NCBI GenBank assembly: GCA_022813965.1
Contig: JALDZS010000001.1
Location: 124,001-188,000, forward strand
Length of the DNA: 64,000 bases
DNA from: Toensbergia leucococca
Taxonomy: Eukaryota
Reading direction: 5' to 3'
Shown here: positions 11,720 to 24,475 of the stretch, one piece after another
Layout of the letters: each line of letters begins with the position of its first letter
How positions within the stretch are numbered: the stretch's first letter is position 1
Position numbers and translations under genes: made by a program
Notes under the pieces: model-generated
The model's database searches: none
Seen by the model: the letters and a program-made list of their open reading frames with translations, nothing else
Told to the model about the DNA's origin: nothing

Positions 11720-12476
11720 GGGGGAAAAGTTCTGTGTTTTTAGGGGAGGGTGCTTTTGGTGGAGAGTTGGGGGGTTTGTATGATATTTTTTTCTTCGCCC
11801 GGGGTGGCGCGGCGGGGGGTGGTGTATGCTCAGGTGTACAAGGTGATTTTCATATCGGAGTTGTAGATTCACCAACAGCGTGGTGATGGATACTCGTCGG
11901 GAGTAGTTTGGATATGGAGGTTACCCGGGTTATGTACAGGATCTCCAGGAGCACCCCTTGCATGGTTCTGCATAGTCGGCATGTGCATCATTAGCGGTTT
12001 CTCAGCAGGAGCAAAAGTTCAAACATTCAATTCACCTCGGAGCTCTTTGTGTAGGTGTGACCTACTTCAACCTAGGACTTCATTAGTGCTTGCAGGAATG
12101 TCCCGTGAATACGGCTCAGTTCACCTAGGGGGGCCGTCATGTATCCAAGCTCACAAATGTTTTACCCCTGAAAGCGTCACTTTTTTCAAGAGGTTGGGGG
12201 GGTGTGAAAGTGTGTATGAACTTGCAAATTGTCGGTAGGTAACTGGTATTTCAAAACCCAGCCCTGATGCCTCAAAGTATCTAAATACAAAGAACGCTCG
12301 GTCTAATTGGAGAATGGTCCAAAACCTGGTATCATCTCGATTCCCCCGCCCTATTCGCCCAGCCTGGTGCTCTAGCGACTGTACATTCTGAGGAAAAGCA
12401 ATGACAAAGATGCAAACGCCGCCTAGTATGAATGATTTTCGCACAATTGGAAAGAATGACCCGAAGGTCCGTCGCT

Positions 12477-13829
12477 CTAGATTCGCCCTCCTCTCTCCTT
12501 GAAATTGTCACCGGTAGAAGGAAACGGCTTCTCAAGCCGTAGCACCCACAAAAGCAGGTCTTCCACGGGTAAGAGCCCCAAGAAGACGTTGTTGCAGAAA
12601 TGAGCAATGCAAGCCACGATTGTTGCCACTAACGCATCCAGCCAGTAGTGATTCGCCGTCGCCACAATTGTGACGAGGACCATGAGTGGATAGCCAACGC
12701 CTACCAGGACGTATACGATCTGCCATACAGTAGATTTCTTCGCTTCACCCTGTTCGAAGCTTTTGCGGAAGATGCCGGCGTGATAAAGCATGGTGCAGCC
12801 GATGACGAAGGCGTAGCCGAAATGCATACTCGGCATGGCCGCTAGGGAATTGACGTAGTTGCCACTCATCCAAATGCTTTGGGCGTTGTCGTGCCGGACT
12901 GAGTCGACGAAGCCGTATTCCTCGGGGAGGAGACGCGGTGGCATGCAGGGGTAAATGGTGAATGTGAGAAAGGCGAGGAGATTGGTGAGAGTGAGGGTTC
13001 TTCGGACGATGGCGAAGGTGGAGTGGGATGGTGCGACATAGTAATACCACGCGATAAAACTATGGAAGTTGTTAGCTTTCGGGTAAGAAAGAGCCATGTG
13101 ATGAAGAAGCTACTGACCCTACTGTTCCAGGAATATGGATCAGGGCATACACTCTGTTCAACACGGTCAATGCCGTTTGATGATCGTGCATGAACCATTG
13201 CTGGACGTCATGTTCCTTGAGCGGGAAGAGCAAGCTCAGCCAGCTAAATTGCTCGAGCTCCAGTACGGCTAAACCATGATCTTGGGCAACATCCCATATT
13301 CCAGTCTTCGAGAAAATCTTCTGAGAGACAACCTTGGTCATGCGGTAAAACAAGTATGTGACGATCCAGTAAAACATTTCAACTAGGAAAGGAAACTTTT
13401 GCAAGATTCGGCTGTGGATGTGGTTTGAGAATCGGGATGAGTTGGGAGTACGTATTATCAATCCACAACAGTTGCGCTGTTTAGGATAATGCTTTGACGC
13501 CGCCACGTCGTCTTGGAAGTCGTCTTCATTTATTGGATCATAGGAAAGCAATTCATCAGAGGAGCGAGCAGAGTCAGGGTCGGGGTCGTCGAGTATGGAA
13601 TCATGGTAGCCTTTCTGTCGCCTGGGCAGTATTCGAAATTTTCTCCTCCTCGTCAACACCATTGATATGACTAGGATAGTCATAACGATCTGGTAATACT
13701 ATCAGCTGTGTATTTCCAGGCGATGAGTGAGATCAAGCGTACCAGTGGCTCCCCCCATGAAGGAAGCTGGAACATGGGTTCGCTGTTCCATTGTGGTGGC
13801 TCGTCCGAGACTGTGAGATTTGACGCCAT
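12477..13829 (-). CDS. PAP2-superfamily integral membrane protein (AUR1/IPT1-like inositolphosphotransferase family), 3 exons
   Basis: Motifs YPCMPPRLL, AAMPSMHFGY and TANHYWLDA with several hydrophobic segments. First exon MASNLTVSDEPPQWNSEPMFQLPSWGEPL is followed by an intron. Confidence 0.85.
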
Positions 13830-16266
13830 GATGAGATTATGGAGGTGCGGTACGGAGAATGCAGGATGAATGTGTTAGGTTTCGAAACAGAATTTATCAG
13901 TTGATGCTCTAGAAAGGTACGAGTAGGCCAGAATAGTAAAAGTTTGTAGTGAAGACGTGGTGAGCTGAGGCTCGGCCAGATTAAACAAGATGCTTCAAAA
14001 CAGTCAGATTCAAATTTCGTTCACGTTATTGATCGGGCAGTCTTACATCAGATGAGGGCAATAGGCAGTAAAGACCGGTAGAGAGACAAGATAAATTTTT
14101 AATACAAGGACGAAGGAAGAAATTGTTGATGCTGTGCTGTGCAGCGTGAAAAGGGCTGACGCAAGACTGCGCCAACAGTCGTACAGTCCGAGAATGAAGG
14201 GACGTGGATAAGGTTCGAGGTTCAGCCTAAAATAGAAGGGGCTAAGGTAAGGTCTTTGTCGATATCGATATCGGAAATTAGTAAAGAGGGAAAGTGTACT
14301 CGGTTTGCAAGGTCCTCTTACTCGCCCCCTACAGAGATGTTGAAGGGGAATGTTGGGTGTGTGTTGTTACCCATAACCCAGCCCTCTCTGGCTCTTTGGC
14401 AGGCACAGGCGATCACGTTGCAGCAGCGATAATATGGAGACTCCGGCTTGAAGCCATCCGATCGTGCCGGTCTGAGGATGCCACCAATTTAGAGTGCGAG
14501 TACTCCACTCATACCAAGCCTTGGCAAGTCCATAAAGGACCCCTGATTTGTTCTTTCAGCTCGGGTCTCTTCATCAACAATCTCCGTCCAATCATTGTTG
14601 ATGTTGATCTTTGCGCTGATGTCTCCATCAGGTTGGATGACATCAGGATCCTTGGCTCTTGCCATGTCAGTGGTATTCTAAGTCGCGTGCTCAATCCTGC
14701 AACGCCATCAAGAAACAATCGAGAATTTATCAAAATGCCTACGAGTATGCCATCTCCAGCCTTACTGTGTTGCATCTTTGCCGATTCATTTCCTCTTGAT
14801 TGTTGATCTCTCACTTGGGTTACCGAGTGTGCACACGACACCAGGATTGAAATAAGGGTGCTTATTCTAGAGCCAATGCAAAGGCCCTCGGGCCTAACGG
14901 ACATCGGCTGGCTTGATCTTCCGAATGGGGTCCATCTTGCGCTGCCAAAAATTCCGAAACCTTAGCTCACTCGCTCGAAATAGCAGATGGGTGATTTAAA
15001 ATGATACAACGGGTCACTGTTGGGTGTTTGCTGGGATGTTTTTCATTTATGTCATTTTATTTCATTACTATCTTCCATTCCTACTTCATGAAAACGAAAC
15101 CTCGATTGTTTGCAGCGACTATTCTACGGAGACTTCAACCAAGGCAACTCAGGAGCACCGGCTAATGAATCTCCTCGGCGCCGAGCTTGAGCACTTTAAT
15201 CAAGCAAAGGAGTCAGAAAAGAGCATGATGTATCATGGGTTCGGCCTCGAGTGAATGTCCTTGGCACAGATCGTTAAAACGAAACAATCCGAAGGAACAT
15301 CAGCATGAGACCTACCTTTTAGCGTCGTGTGCCAATCAAATCCTTCAGTTATCGTTGAAACAACTACTTCGCAAAGAAATTGCCAAATTTGAAATCAGAA
15401 GTATGAGCTACTACCCTACATCCTAAGGTACGAATAGATGGCTCAATAAAACACCGCTCCATAAATCTGTGGATTCGAGGATTTGAATCGAGAAAAATGA
15501 AATTTCCTCCCCTCCCCACACCATACCCTATCCGTCCTAGCCTCCCACCTAGAGACATCAAAACTTTCACTCGTCTCCATTTGACATAACTAAACCACGG
15601 CACCCACCTTATCATCAATGCTTCAAACTTCCCCATCAGTATATTGATCATTCAGTGGTGCCTAGAATGAAATCAACTAAAGCAGTCTGTTTTTCGCTAG
15701 CGGTACTCTGGTCTTCCTAAGGTGTACGGTTAGATAGATCCTGCTGATATTCCTACCTTATTGAGATTCCTCTTGGTGCTGAGGCAGTGGTGGACGGCTG
15801 GAAAGAGGTTTTCGGGGGATTTCAGGGTGTTCAAATTGCGTGCTTGATGGCTTTTAGAGGAAGGTGAGAGTGAGATGGGCGGTGGGGGGATTTAGAGGGG
15901 CGGGCAGTTGTAAGGGTTTTGAGGTCCAGGTGACTGTATTATGCTACTTTGGAATTATTACCAGAGTGGGAGGACTGATGAATTGATAACTAGTTAGAAT
16001 ACCGTTCCCAAAGGCAAAAAGCATCTCGATACGTACTTCTTTGACCTTGAAGTTGGAGTTTTTGCCATGTGTCAGGGTCCCGCACGTATGATTGAAGCAG
16101 CGCATGTGCTTACAAGTCTTAGACCTGTGCGTTATAGAAGATATCATAAATGAGGAACCTCAAGTACCTTGGTGTGAAGGTCATTTGAGTGAGACCGGTT
16201 GAGTGACTAGTTTCTAGCGTTTCTACAATTTTAGCACTTCGTTTCTCATTTCTTTGTGTTGATTTT

Positions 16267-16276
16267 NNNNNNNNNT
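16267..16276. other. Assembly gap (10 N)
   Basis: Run of n in the sequence. Confidence 1.
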
Positions 16277-17089
16277 ATAAGTAGTCAGTGTTTAGAATCT
16301 CTTGTCACCCTTTGCGCTAATGTCCTTCTTTCTCAGGGAGTCAAAAGGAGAAGGCTCTCTCTGAATATCATGGTGATTTTATGGTTCAGATCAATTTAAT
16401 GAAGTGAAGAGTCAGCAGCTGTTTACTTTCAGGTAGTCAGCACATTAAATAATATTAAGGTTTGAAATGAATTTTATCATTTCTAATATAGGTTCCTTGT
16501 AGTTAATCTCATGTCTCTGATCTAGAAGACTAAATAGTGTCCTATCATTGTTAGAGTATGATAGTAAATAGTGTCTCAGTGATATCAATTGCATTTCTAA
16601 TATCTTTTTATTAAAGCTATTAGACTTTATTTATGTTGACATCAATTGATTCAAAGTCTAAGATGCTGATCAATAATCTTTGATGATCCTTGCATCTTCA
16701 ATAGTAGAGTCACATCACTAGTCATGCTAATTTCCCTGTTTTTAGTCAAGATGTTTTGTATATAGATTGTCTAATATCTCAGTATTTTCTAGGATATTGA
16801 GTTATTAAGTTATTATCTTTTATCTATTTAATAGAATGATTTTGTCTCAGCTCTCATGCTGTATAAGAGGTAAGTGAGTCAAAAATTGAGTGCATGTATA
16901 GTATGAAATCATGACAGTTTCTTATACACCTGTGGCATGAGCCCGTGTCAAGGCCTCATGATTGCCTAATCAGGGAGGGAGTGTATATGTAGTGAAAAGG
17001 AATGTCTATCTACCAGGTCCCTAAAAGAACCTCAAAATAAGATATGTTAGTAAAAAGTCAACAATAATACCTAGTCAGGTCTTTTAGGT
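16277..17089. other. AT-rich, CpG-depleted degenerate sequence (probable mutated repeat or gene relic next to the gap)
   Basis: Only two CG dinucleotides seen by eye in about 800 bp; TG/CA/TA-rich; no ORF in the track. Confidence 0.6.
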
Positions 17090-19315
17090 TCAGCTCTTTT
17101 CAGATCTTTCAGTAGGGTCAGAGGCACCTTCAGTTACTTTCTGTTCACTGACAGCTTTTTCTACAGTCATTTCCTCCCACGGCAGTTTATTGTCAACCAT
17201 CCCACATTGCATTTGCAAGGTGACCCTAGGCTTGTCACAAAGTATGGTTATAATACGGCGAGCGGACGAAGCCGAGCCATCATGCGGTTCAACGTAGGAG
17301 CCAAATTCAACCATGTTCTTTCAGTACTTGGCCTTGAGTTCTTTCTCGCGGCCTGCTTGTCTTTCTGAATCTTCCCACGAATGGTCCGCTCTCCATTTCG
17401 TGGTCACCAGAACAACGTTCTGAAATGCACTCTTCCCGCAGAGTACCTCAAACATATGGAAATTCTAGCCAGGGTCAACCTCTTTGTTGACCGGTGTCAA
17501 TTTGAGGATAGAACCGATCATATACGTACCTTGAGAGCCAAATCCCCTATTCGAGCCTGAGAGATGTCGTGAAGATAAACAATCCCATTCAGAAGTTGGT
17601 TATTCTCGTAGAGAACTGCAAGTTTTTGTGAGATCATCATGAGTAACTCTGTGTCTGAGTATTGCAAATCATCATAGCCAGGAGTATCCATTAGGTAGAC
17701 AGTACCCTGGTTGATTGTGGCCTCATAAATATCAAGCTGGTATGTGCCTGGGAAGCATCAGGTTTGGTTTAGGTTCGATTTGAAGAATATTTACATGATT
17801 CTAGGCCATGTCCCACCTCAGGCGGACTCCCGGTTTCTACATGTCGACCCCCAAGAACATCTATGAAATTGCTCTTGCCAACACCTGTCCTACCCATGAT
17901 TGCAAACATTGCTTTTGAATGGTTGAATCCGTGATAAGAGGAACCGTTTGGATTCGCATGATTTATGTGTATAGGCGCTGGGTTTAGCAGGAGCAACAAG
18001 AGACTGACGCATACAACAACTGCCAATGAACGCAAGAACCATACCCAACGCCAATCCCAAGCTCTCAAATTCAAGAGCAATACAACATGCTCTACCATTG
18101 ACTTTCCTGGTTTTCCGGTATAGCCTGCATAGTCTGATGGTAAAGGAGGCGGCTCAGCAACGTCTTCACTCTCCTCAAAAAGGGGCATGTGAGAAACGAT
18201 AGTCTCTAGCGGCCTCCCCGCCAAAATGTTGCCACACCGTTGCAATTTAGTGTGTACATCTTGAGACTTGACATAACTCCGAGTCGCCGCCAATATGATA
18301 TTTTTCTTATTATGTTCCTCGAGTGCAACTTTTTCCAGACCTTGAGTAACGTTAAAACGAAAATAGCGACCAGATCCATCGAGTTGTGGATGTTCACGTT
18401 GAAATGCGTTGGCTGTCATTCTGGTTTCAGTAGCCATCTTGATTAATGTTTTGACTATATCCAAGATATTTACTCCAAAATTCTTGGAATGTGGTGCGCC
18501 AGTGCCGATCGAAACGAGACATTTGACCTGTGGCTCAAGCGGCTCGGATCATAGATCACTGGCTTCATTCCAAAGTTGTCGCACTGGATTATTAGCGCCT
18601 GTAGCGCCATCGATAAATGTCTGTCGATTACGACCAACCTTAATGGGCTCGAAGAAAGACGAAGCTGCGGAAGTGGCTCGAGCAGCTTCCCAGATTCGGA
18701 GTTCTTCAGAAAGGCCAGAGGATCCCCGAGATCGATAGCTGGCAAGAATTGTTGTATCCGCCGTCTCCTTGCTTGTGGCGCATACAAATCTACCAAAAAG
18801 CATCGTCAGCATGCTCGGGATTCGAGTTCTGGATTGTGATTACACTTTGCAGGCTTCCTCGCGCCTGTCTTCCAGCAATTCTTCCCTGTCCAGTTCCTGC
18901 TGCACTAAAATCTCCTGCACAGCTTTCTTCAAAAGGTCCGAGTCGAATCTGGCTGGCAGGTTGCCACCTAATTGGGAAATAGTGTTGAAAATGTTTCGAA
19001 ACCAAGAAGGTGTGAAGACACGAACAGAGAGAGCATTGTAAGCTGCGATACATGTTTTAACATCCATTCTTAGGCGGCCCAGCATAATGGCGATGAGGCT
19101 ATGCTTCAGTTAGATGGCTTCGTGAATGAATATGGCTGCAAGAGTGACACTACCCTCCTGTACTGGTACCTCCGATCAAGTCAAAATACTCGCATGGTTT
19201 TGGGGGGGTTTTCTGGGTCGATCGCTTCCATAAGCTGCTGTAATATGAAAAGAGAAGACAAACCCCGCACTCCTCCACCATCGAGGCACAAGAGAGAAAC
19301 ACTCTTAGTAGGCAT
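17090..19315 (-). pseudogene. Patatin-like phospholipase - transmembrane segment - P-loop GTPase (AIG1/MMR_HSR1-like) fusion, disrupted
   Basis: Patatin motifs LCLDGGGVRG, GTSTGG, WEAARATSAA, DGA and SIGTG; GTPase motifs GRTGVGKS, DTPG and TTKW. One frameshift in the G7 run at 19202-19208 and in-frame TGA codons at 18549-18551 and 17321-17323. Confidence 0.85.
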
Positions 19316-20268
19316 AGCTCTAACTCGTTAATGTTAAGTTTGATGAGTAGGTAATGCAAGCTTCAGAGTTGTGGTGTGAACAGAAGTTGAATAATTGGAG
19401 AAAAGCCCAAAAGCTCGCAAGGCTGACTTTGTTTATGTGACCCTGCCACATTTTATGCAGATAATGCATTCTTGTTTTATGCAAGTATTCAGTCTGACTT
19501 TAATAATTGCATCTGTCACTTAGACAGTGCTTATGTGACAGTGAATCTCTTTAGCAATAGCATCAGATCTTTAATGAAAAAGAAGAACATAAATGATTCT
19601 GAATCAAAGAAATGAGAGTAAACAGCTAAGCATTGTGACACTGAATCATACTGAACTAAACATCAAGATTTCAGTCAATTGATCCATACAGAACCCTCAA
19701 AAGTCATACCTATATAAGTGGTGGTGAAGAGGACTCAAATTTACACTACTAATTTGAGGGTGTGTGTGTGGAAATCCCATAGCCGAGATTTCGCTACCTT
19801 CATGCACACGCTAGTGTTCTAGGCCAGTGTGCCTCGCTTCGGGGTGAAGACGAGTAAGGTAAGCATGTCTCATTTGAGGTCTAGACTTTGGGAATTGTGC
19901 GAACATGCCCCGCACTTGGTATCCGATTCATTGATAAATACCCTATGTAGGCAAGGAGGCTCGGGAGGCAAGGTACTGTATCTACCTACATGCTGTTTCC
20001 GCCGTTCAGATCATCTTGAGCAAACCACTCTTTGCTGATCAAAATACAGCCAACCCTACGTCTTCTACAGAAAACTAAGCATATTCGCAGGCGAATGCTG
20101 ATAAGAACCGGTACCTTAGCCAAAGTAAGCCTGGCAATTCTCGTTGACGTTTTTATTGCGATGATGCTTGCGCCGTGCTTGCATCACCGCCTATGTCATC
20201 ACTACACCTTGCAAGAATCCACTTGAACCATAGACCTTCACAGACCTTCTCTGTCACCATAGCTCGCC

Positions 20269-21270
20269 ATGCCCACACCTGATGAGTCGACTCGCCATCC
20301 ACTTCCATCATCCTTTTCCCCTGAAGCCTACTCGCACCCAGCTTTGCCAGCACGTCCCAAGCCATCTGCAGATACAGGCATCATACCCGACCCAGTCTCG
20401 CCATCTGAAGATACTGGCACTCTACCACTCGGGGATGATATTGACATTTTTATTCTGACGCCTGTCGCGGCGTTGAAAATGCTCTGTGGCAGTATCGAAA
20501 CCTTGATCCTCATCACTGGAGATATCCCACCCACGCCTCCAGCCAGTCATCCGAGTACACCCAATCTCCGCACCATGCAAGCCGAAAAAGATGATGTTGC
20601 TCGTTCAGATATGGACGGCAGTAGCCGAAGGCCACAAACACCTCAACCTTCAGAGGACATAGATGGAGTCCCTCCCAAAGCGAAGACACCCATAGGTAGC
20701 CCCGAATTGAGTGCTTCAGAGCCGTTCAACATTGTTGGCGCCAATATGAAGTCTCTTAATATTCAGCATATAGCGATTACGAGGAAGTTCTATTCGAAGA
20801 AGCCACCCCCAATTCCATTAGAAGAATATCTTATGCGTCTGCATCGTTATTGCCCAATGTCAACAGCGGTATATCTTGCTACGAGTCTTTATATACATAG
20901 GCTTGCCGTTGTCGAGAGGATCATTCCCGTCACCGCCAGGAATGTCCATCGTCTACTTCTAGGAGGTCTTCGAGTTGCGATGAAGGCACTGGAGGATCTC
21001 AGCTATCCACACCGACGGTTTGCAAAAGTGGGCGGCGTCACTGAATCCGAGCTGGGCAGGTTGGAAGTCAGCTTTTGCTTCCTCGCCAATTTCGAGTTGA
21101 AGGTCGACAGAGAGATGCTCCTGAAACAAGCTATTGCAATGAGATCTGCGCCAAGTCTCTATGAGCTGCCATCAGGCTTTCAGCCGAAGTTGCCACCATT
21201 GAGAGAAAAGAGGAACCCTTCTTTAGGTCAGATGATGCCTGGAAGGTTCAATGAGGCGGTAGCTGGGTAG
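20269..21270 (+). CDS. Pho80/Pcl-family cyclin (Pho85 cyclin)
   Basis: Cyclin box FYSKKPPPIPLEEYLMRLHRYCPMS...NVHRLLLGGLRVAMKALED...FAKVGGV...ELGRLEVSF; single exon. Confidence 0.9.
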   Translation: MPTPDESTRHPLPSSFSPEAYSHPALPARPKPSADTGIIPDPVSPSEDTGTLPLGDDIDIFILTPVAALKMLCGSIETLILITGDIPPTPPASHPSTPNLRTMQAEKDDVARSDMDGSSRRPQTPQPSEDIDGVPPKAKTPIGSPELSASEPFNIVGANMKSLNIQHIAITRKFYSKKPPPIPLEEYLMRLHRYCPMSTAVYLATSLYIHRLAVVERIIPVTARNVHRLLLGGLRVAMKALEDLSYPHRRFAKVGGVTESELGRLEVSFCFLANFELKVDREMLLKQAIAMRSAPSLYELPSGFQPKLPPLREKRNPSLGQMMPGRFNEAVAG

Positions 21271-21866
21271 CTACGTGGAATATTTGCTGGTCCTTGACGC
21301 TGATGATCATTCTGGGCAGATCAAGGGGTAATTTGGTTCCTCATCCATTCGAATGTAAGGGCATTAGGTAATTGTCGCCTGGTTGGCTTCCAGGAGTTGT
21401 CGGTGTACCTGTGCGTTCCGTTGAACATGATTTTGTTTTGAAGTATGCTTTGAAATGGAGTATTCTCGTTTCTTGGCGACATGGACTGGCGTGATTGGTG
21501 TACGGTGGCAGTCAGAAAATGTCCATATATGTTTCATTACTTGTACATAGTCAAATAATCACTTCCACATTACCTTGTCTTTGAGTATTCACACTAAGAT
21601 TGATACACTGGAATTGATGACTTCAAAATTTTCCCCTACGATCTAATTTTGGGACAAATAAGGCTCGTTAAAGGTGATTAAGCTAGTACAAATGGAGCTA
21701 GATGGTGGCTTCCAGCAACGCCTCATCCGATATTGAAACCTCATCTTCAGAATATCCCTCCCTCATTGTGACGCCGCAAACACTCTCTCAAGGCCTTCCG
21801 CCAAACGTCAACATCTACTTCGAGATCGCTGTTATCTTAACACTCATTCAACTCGCGCAAACGACC

Positions 21867-22843
21867 ATGCTGATTCGATCTCTCACTCTTCTGCTAGCAT
21901 CAGCCCCTCTCGTTTTTGGTGATGTCAAATTTACCATCCCAGCCGCCGGGGCCTCAATAGCGGGTGGGGGTACCATATCAGTAGGATGGACAGACTCAGG
22001 TACCGCGCCGTCGATAACGGATCTTTCATCGTATCAATTGTTCCTTTGTGCTGGTGGGAATGACCCAACCAACTTCGTAGGTTCCCAACATCTATATTGA
22101 GATGATGTGCTACGGGTCTGACGAACGTCTCATTTAGCAACAACTGGCGCCTATATCATTGCAAGGAGCTTTCACAACTGGGAATAAAGCATCAGGAACA
22201 ATACAAGCCGGCGTAGGAGGAAGTGATACCAATGCTTAGTACGTGAATCTCTTATCTGAATTAGATCAGATGGGATTGGCTGACAGAAAGGACTTTTTAG
22301 CTTCCTGAAGATTGTCTCAGTGGTTACAACTGGAGGCACAGTCACGAATTACTCTCCTCGCTTCACACTTACTGGCATGACTGGTACCTTTCCCCCTAAC
22401 ATTAAAACTGGCATATCAGCAATTACAGGAACAGCTGGCCCTGCGACCCAGAACAACGCTGCTCAGAACAATGCTGCCGGCGCTGGTGCTGGTGCCGGAG
22501 TAGCTGCGGCAGGTGCTTTCACCGTACCATACACCCTACAAACAGGCTTGACAAGATACGCGCCTATGCAGAACCAGCCGGGTAGCAAAATCACCGCCAA
22601 AACAGTATCCCCTCAATGGCCAACGAGTGGCGTTACTCTTGCTACGACTCTCCTTCCACCCCCAAGCGTAGTAACCACAGTAACTCAGAGTGGCACCTGG
22701 AGCGTGTCTAGCATGGAGAACACTGTAGGTTCAAATGCAGTCTTCCTCCGTAGGCTTTCGACTGATATGCTTTTGCACAGGTCGCTGCTGCTGCGCAACC
22801 TTCAAACGATATGCAAAAGTACCTCGCTAGGTGGAGGGATTGA
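21867..22843 (+). CDS. KRE9: Kre9/Knh1-family cell-wall beta-1,6-glucan synthesis protein, secreted, 4 exons
   Basis: Signal peptide MLIRSLTLLLASAPLVFG, then YQLFLCAGGN, NYSPRFTLTGMTG, VPYTLQTGLTRYAPMQ and C-terminal MQKYLARWRD*. Confidence 0.9.
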
Positions 22844-23153
22844 GGGGCAATTTCTTTTCTAGGTTTCTACAACTTGCATCATTCTGTGTATGTTTTCGGG
22901 GAGCGTTGAATTATGTATATATATTCTTGGTGCCGTGGGTGTTCTGGCTCTGCATATAGGTACGGAGTCTGGATTAGTCGAACAACGCGCAGAGTCCGTG
23001 GACTTTGTTTTAGGCTTAGAGTAATCATATCTTTCGTTAAAAACTCCGAACAGAATAGAGTCTCCTTCCATGCTCCAATCATGAAAATTAGGTGGAATTG
23101 GCACGGGTACGCGAGAACCCAAATTTCAGATCCCATCTTCGCCTCCACCTGCA

Positions 23154-24238
23154 ATGGCAACCACCGACCCGCCCTCGATACCTAATCCTCAAACTACCGG
23201 CTACACCCCCGGCGACGACGGCTACACGAGATGGAGCAATTGGTTCTCACTCCTCCTCGGCCGCATGAACGACGACGGCAAAAACCAATACCGCAAAGCG
23301 CGCGACCTCCGCATGGAAGAAGCAGACTGCAAACGATGTGAAAAGCAACGAGACTATCTCCTTACATACAGCAAGTCCACCTTATCCCCAATTATCCCCC
23401 CCCCCTCCCTACCTATCCTTTCCTCCTAAAAAAAGAAAACGAAACTCATACTCCAAACAAAGCGAAATACACTAATCCAGAGGGCAAATTCCCAAACAGG
23501 CCCCGTCATCCGCTTCCTCCGTGACAACATCAACCAACTCGGCGGCGACATACACAGCGGCAACGTGCGCTGCCGCCGCTGCGAAAAGCGCCAGTCGGGC
23601 GGCTTCGACCCGGACTACGGGATCCGGATCTGCGCCAACGAGCTGCGGAATCAGGGCCATTTGGAGGATACCATGGCACATGGTAAGTTTGCTTTTGATC
23701 TTTTTTTTAGTTTACCGTTCTTCTTCTTCTATCTACGTGCTAGCACTTGGGGAAATCGTAGGGGGGGGTAAACTTTGTATGGTGGATTTTATACTGTGTC
23801 CATGACGGTGGTGGGTGTCTGAGGCCAGATATTGGGCTCTCAACTACGGGCATATCTTTATCAGAAAACCTCCGCCCCCCCAAAAAAAGATCACACAAGC
23901 TAATCTCCCCTTACCCCCCTCTTTCCACAACAGAAATGATCCACGCCTACGACCACCTTCGCTTCAAGCTCGACTGGCGCTCCTCCCTCCGCCACGCCGC
24001 CTGCGCCGAAATCCGCGCCTCCTCCCTCAGCGGCGAGTGTCGCTGGGCGCGCGAGTTCTTCACCCGAGGCCAGTGGAGCGTGACGCGGCAGCATCAGGAG
24101 TGCGTGCGTCGCCGGGCCACGCTGAGCGTCATGGCGAGGCCGGGGTGCAAGGATGATGTGCAGGCAGCTAGGGTGGTAGATGAGGTTTGGGACAGCTGTT
24201 TTGTGGATACGAGGCCTTTTGATGAGATCTATCGGTGA
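23154..24238 (+). CDS. ATP23: Mitochondrial inner-membrane metalloprotease Atp23, 3 exons
   Basis: [26 protein letters not shown], the [14 protein letters not shown] zinc motif across an intron, [16 protein letters not shown] and [10 protein letters not shown]. Confidence 0.95.
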
Positions 24239-24475
24239 TTTTTAAGGAGGGCGAGGAGTGGGCGGGTGGTGTGATGGGGCTGGGGGGAAGGGTGAGATGT
24301 TTCAGAGCGAGCATCTGCATTGCGAGGCGTTTGAGATCATGGATACATTCGATTTCTAAGCGTCCACATCACTGTGTTCGATTAAGGAGAACGTCTAGAA
24401 GAAACACCCAACTCCTCCACCACGAAATCATTAAAAGGCCCAGTAAAAGCAGCCAAGAAGAAACCGCAAGCGACT

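Noticed and set aside
14294..15430. ORFs of 60-170 aa upstream of the PAP2-like gene
   Set aside because: No motifs and no consistent exon structure; may be relics but this is unsupported.
17321..18551. TGA read as Trp (alternative code) or selenocysteine in the patatin-GTPase gene
   Set aside because: Neighbouring genes use TGA as a normal stop and TGG for Trp, and the gene also has a frameshift. Pseudogenisation is simpler.
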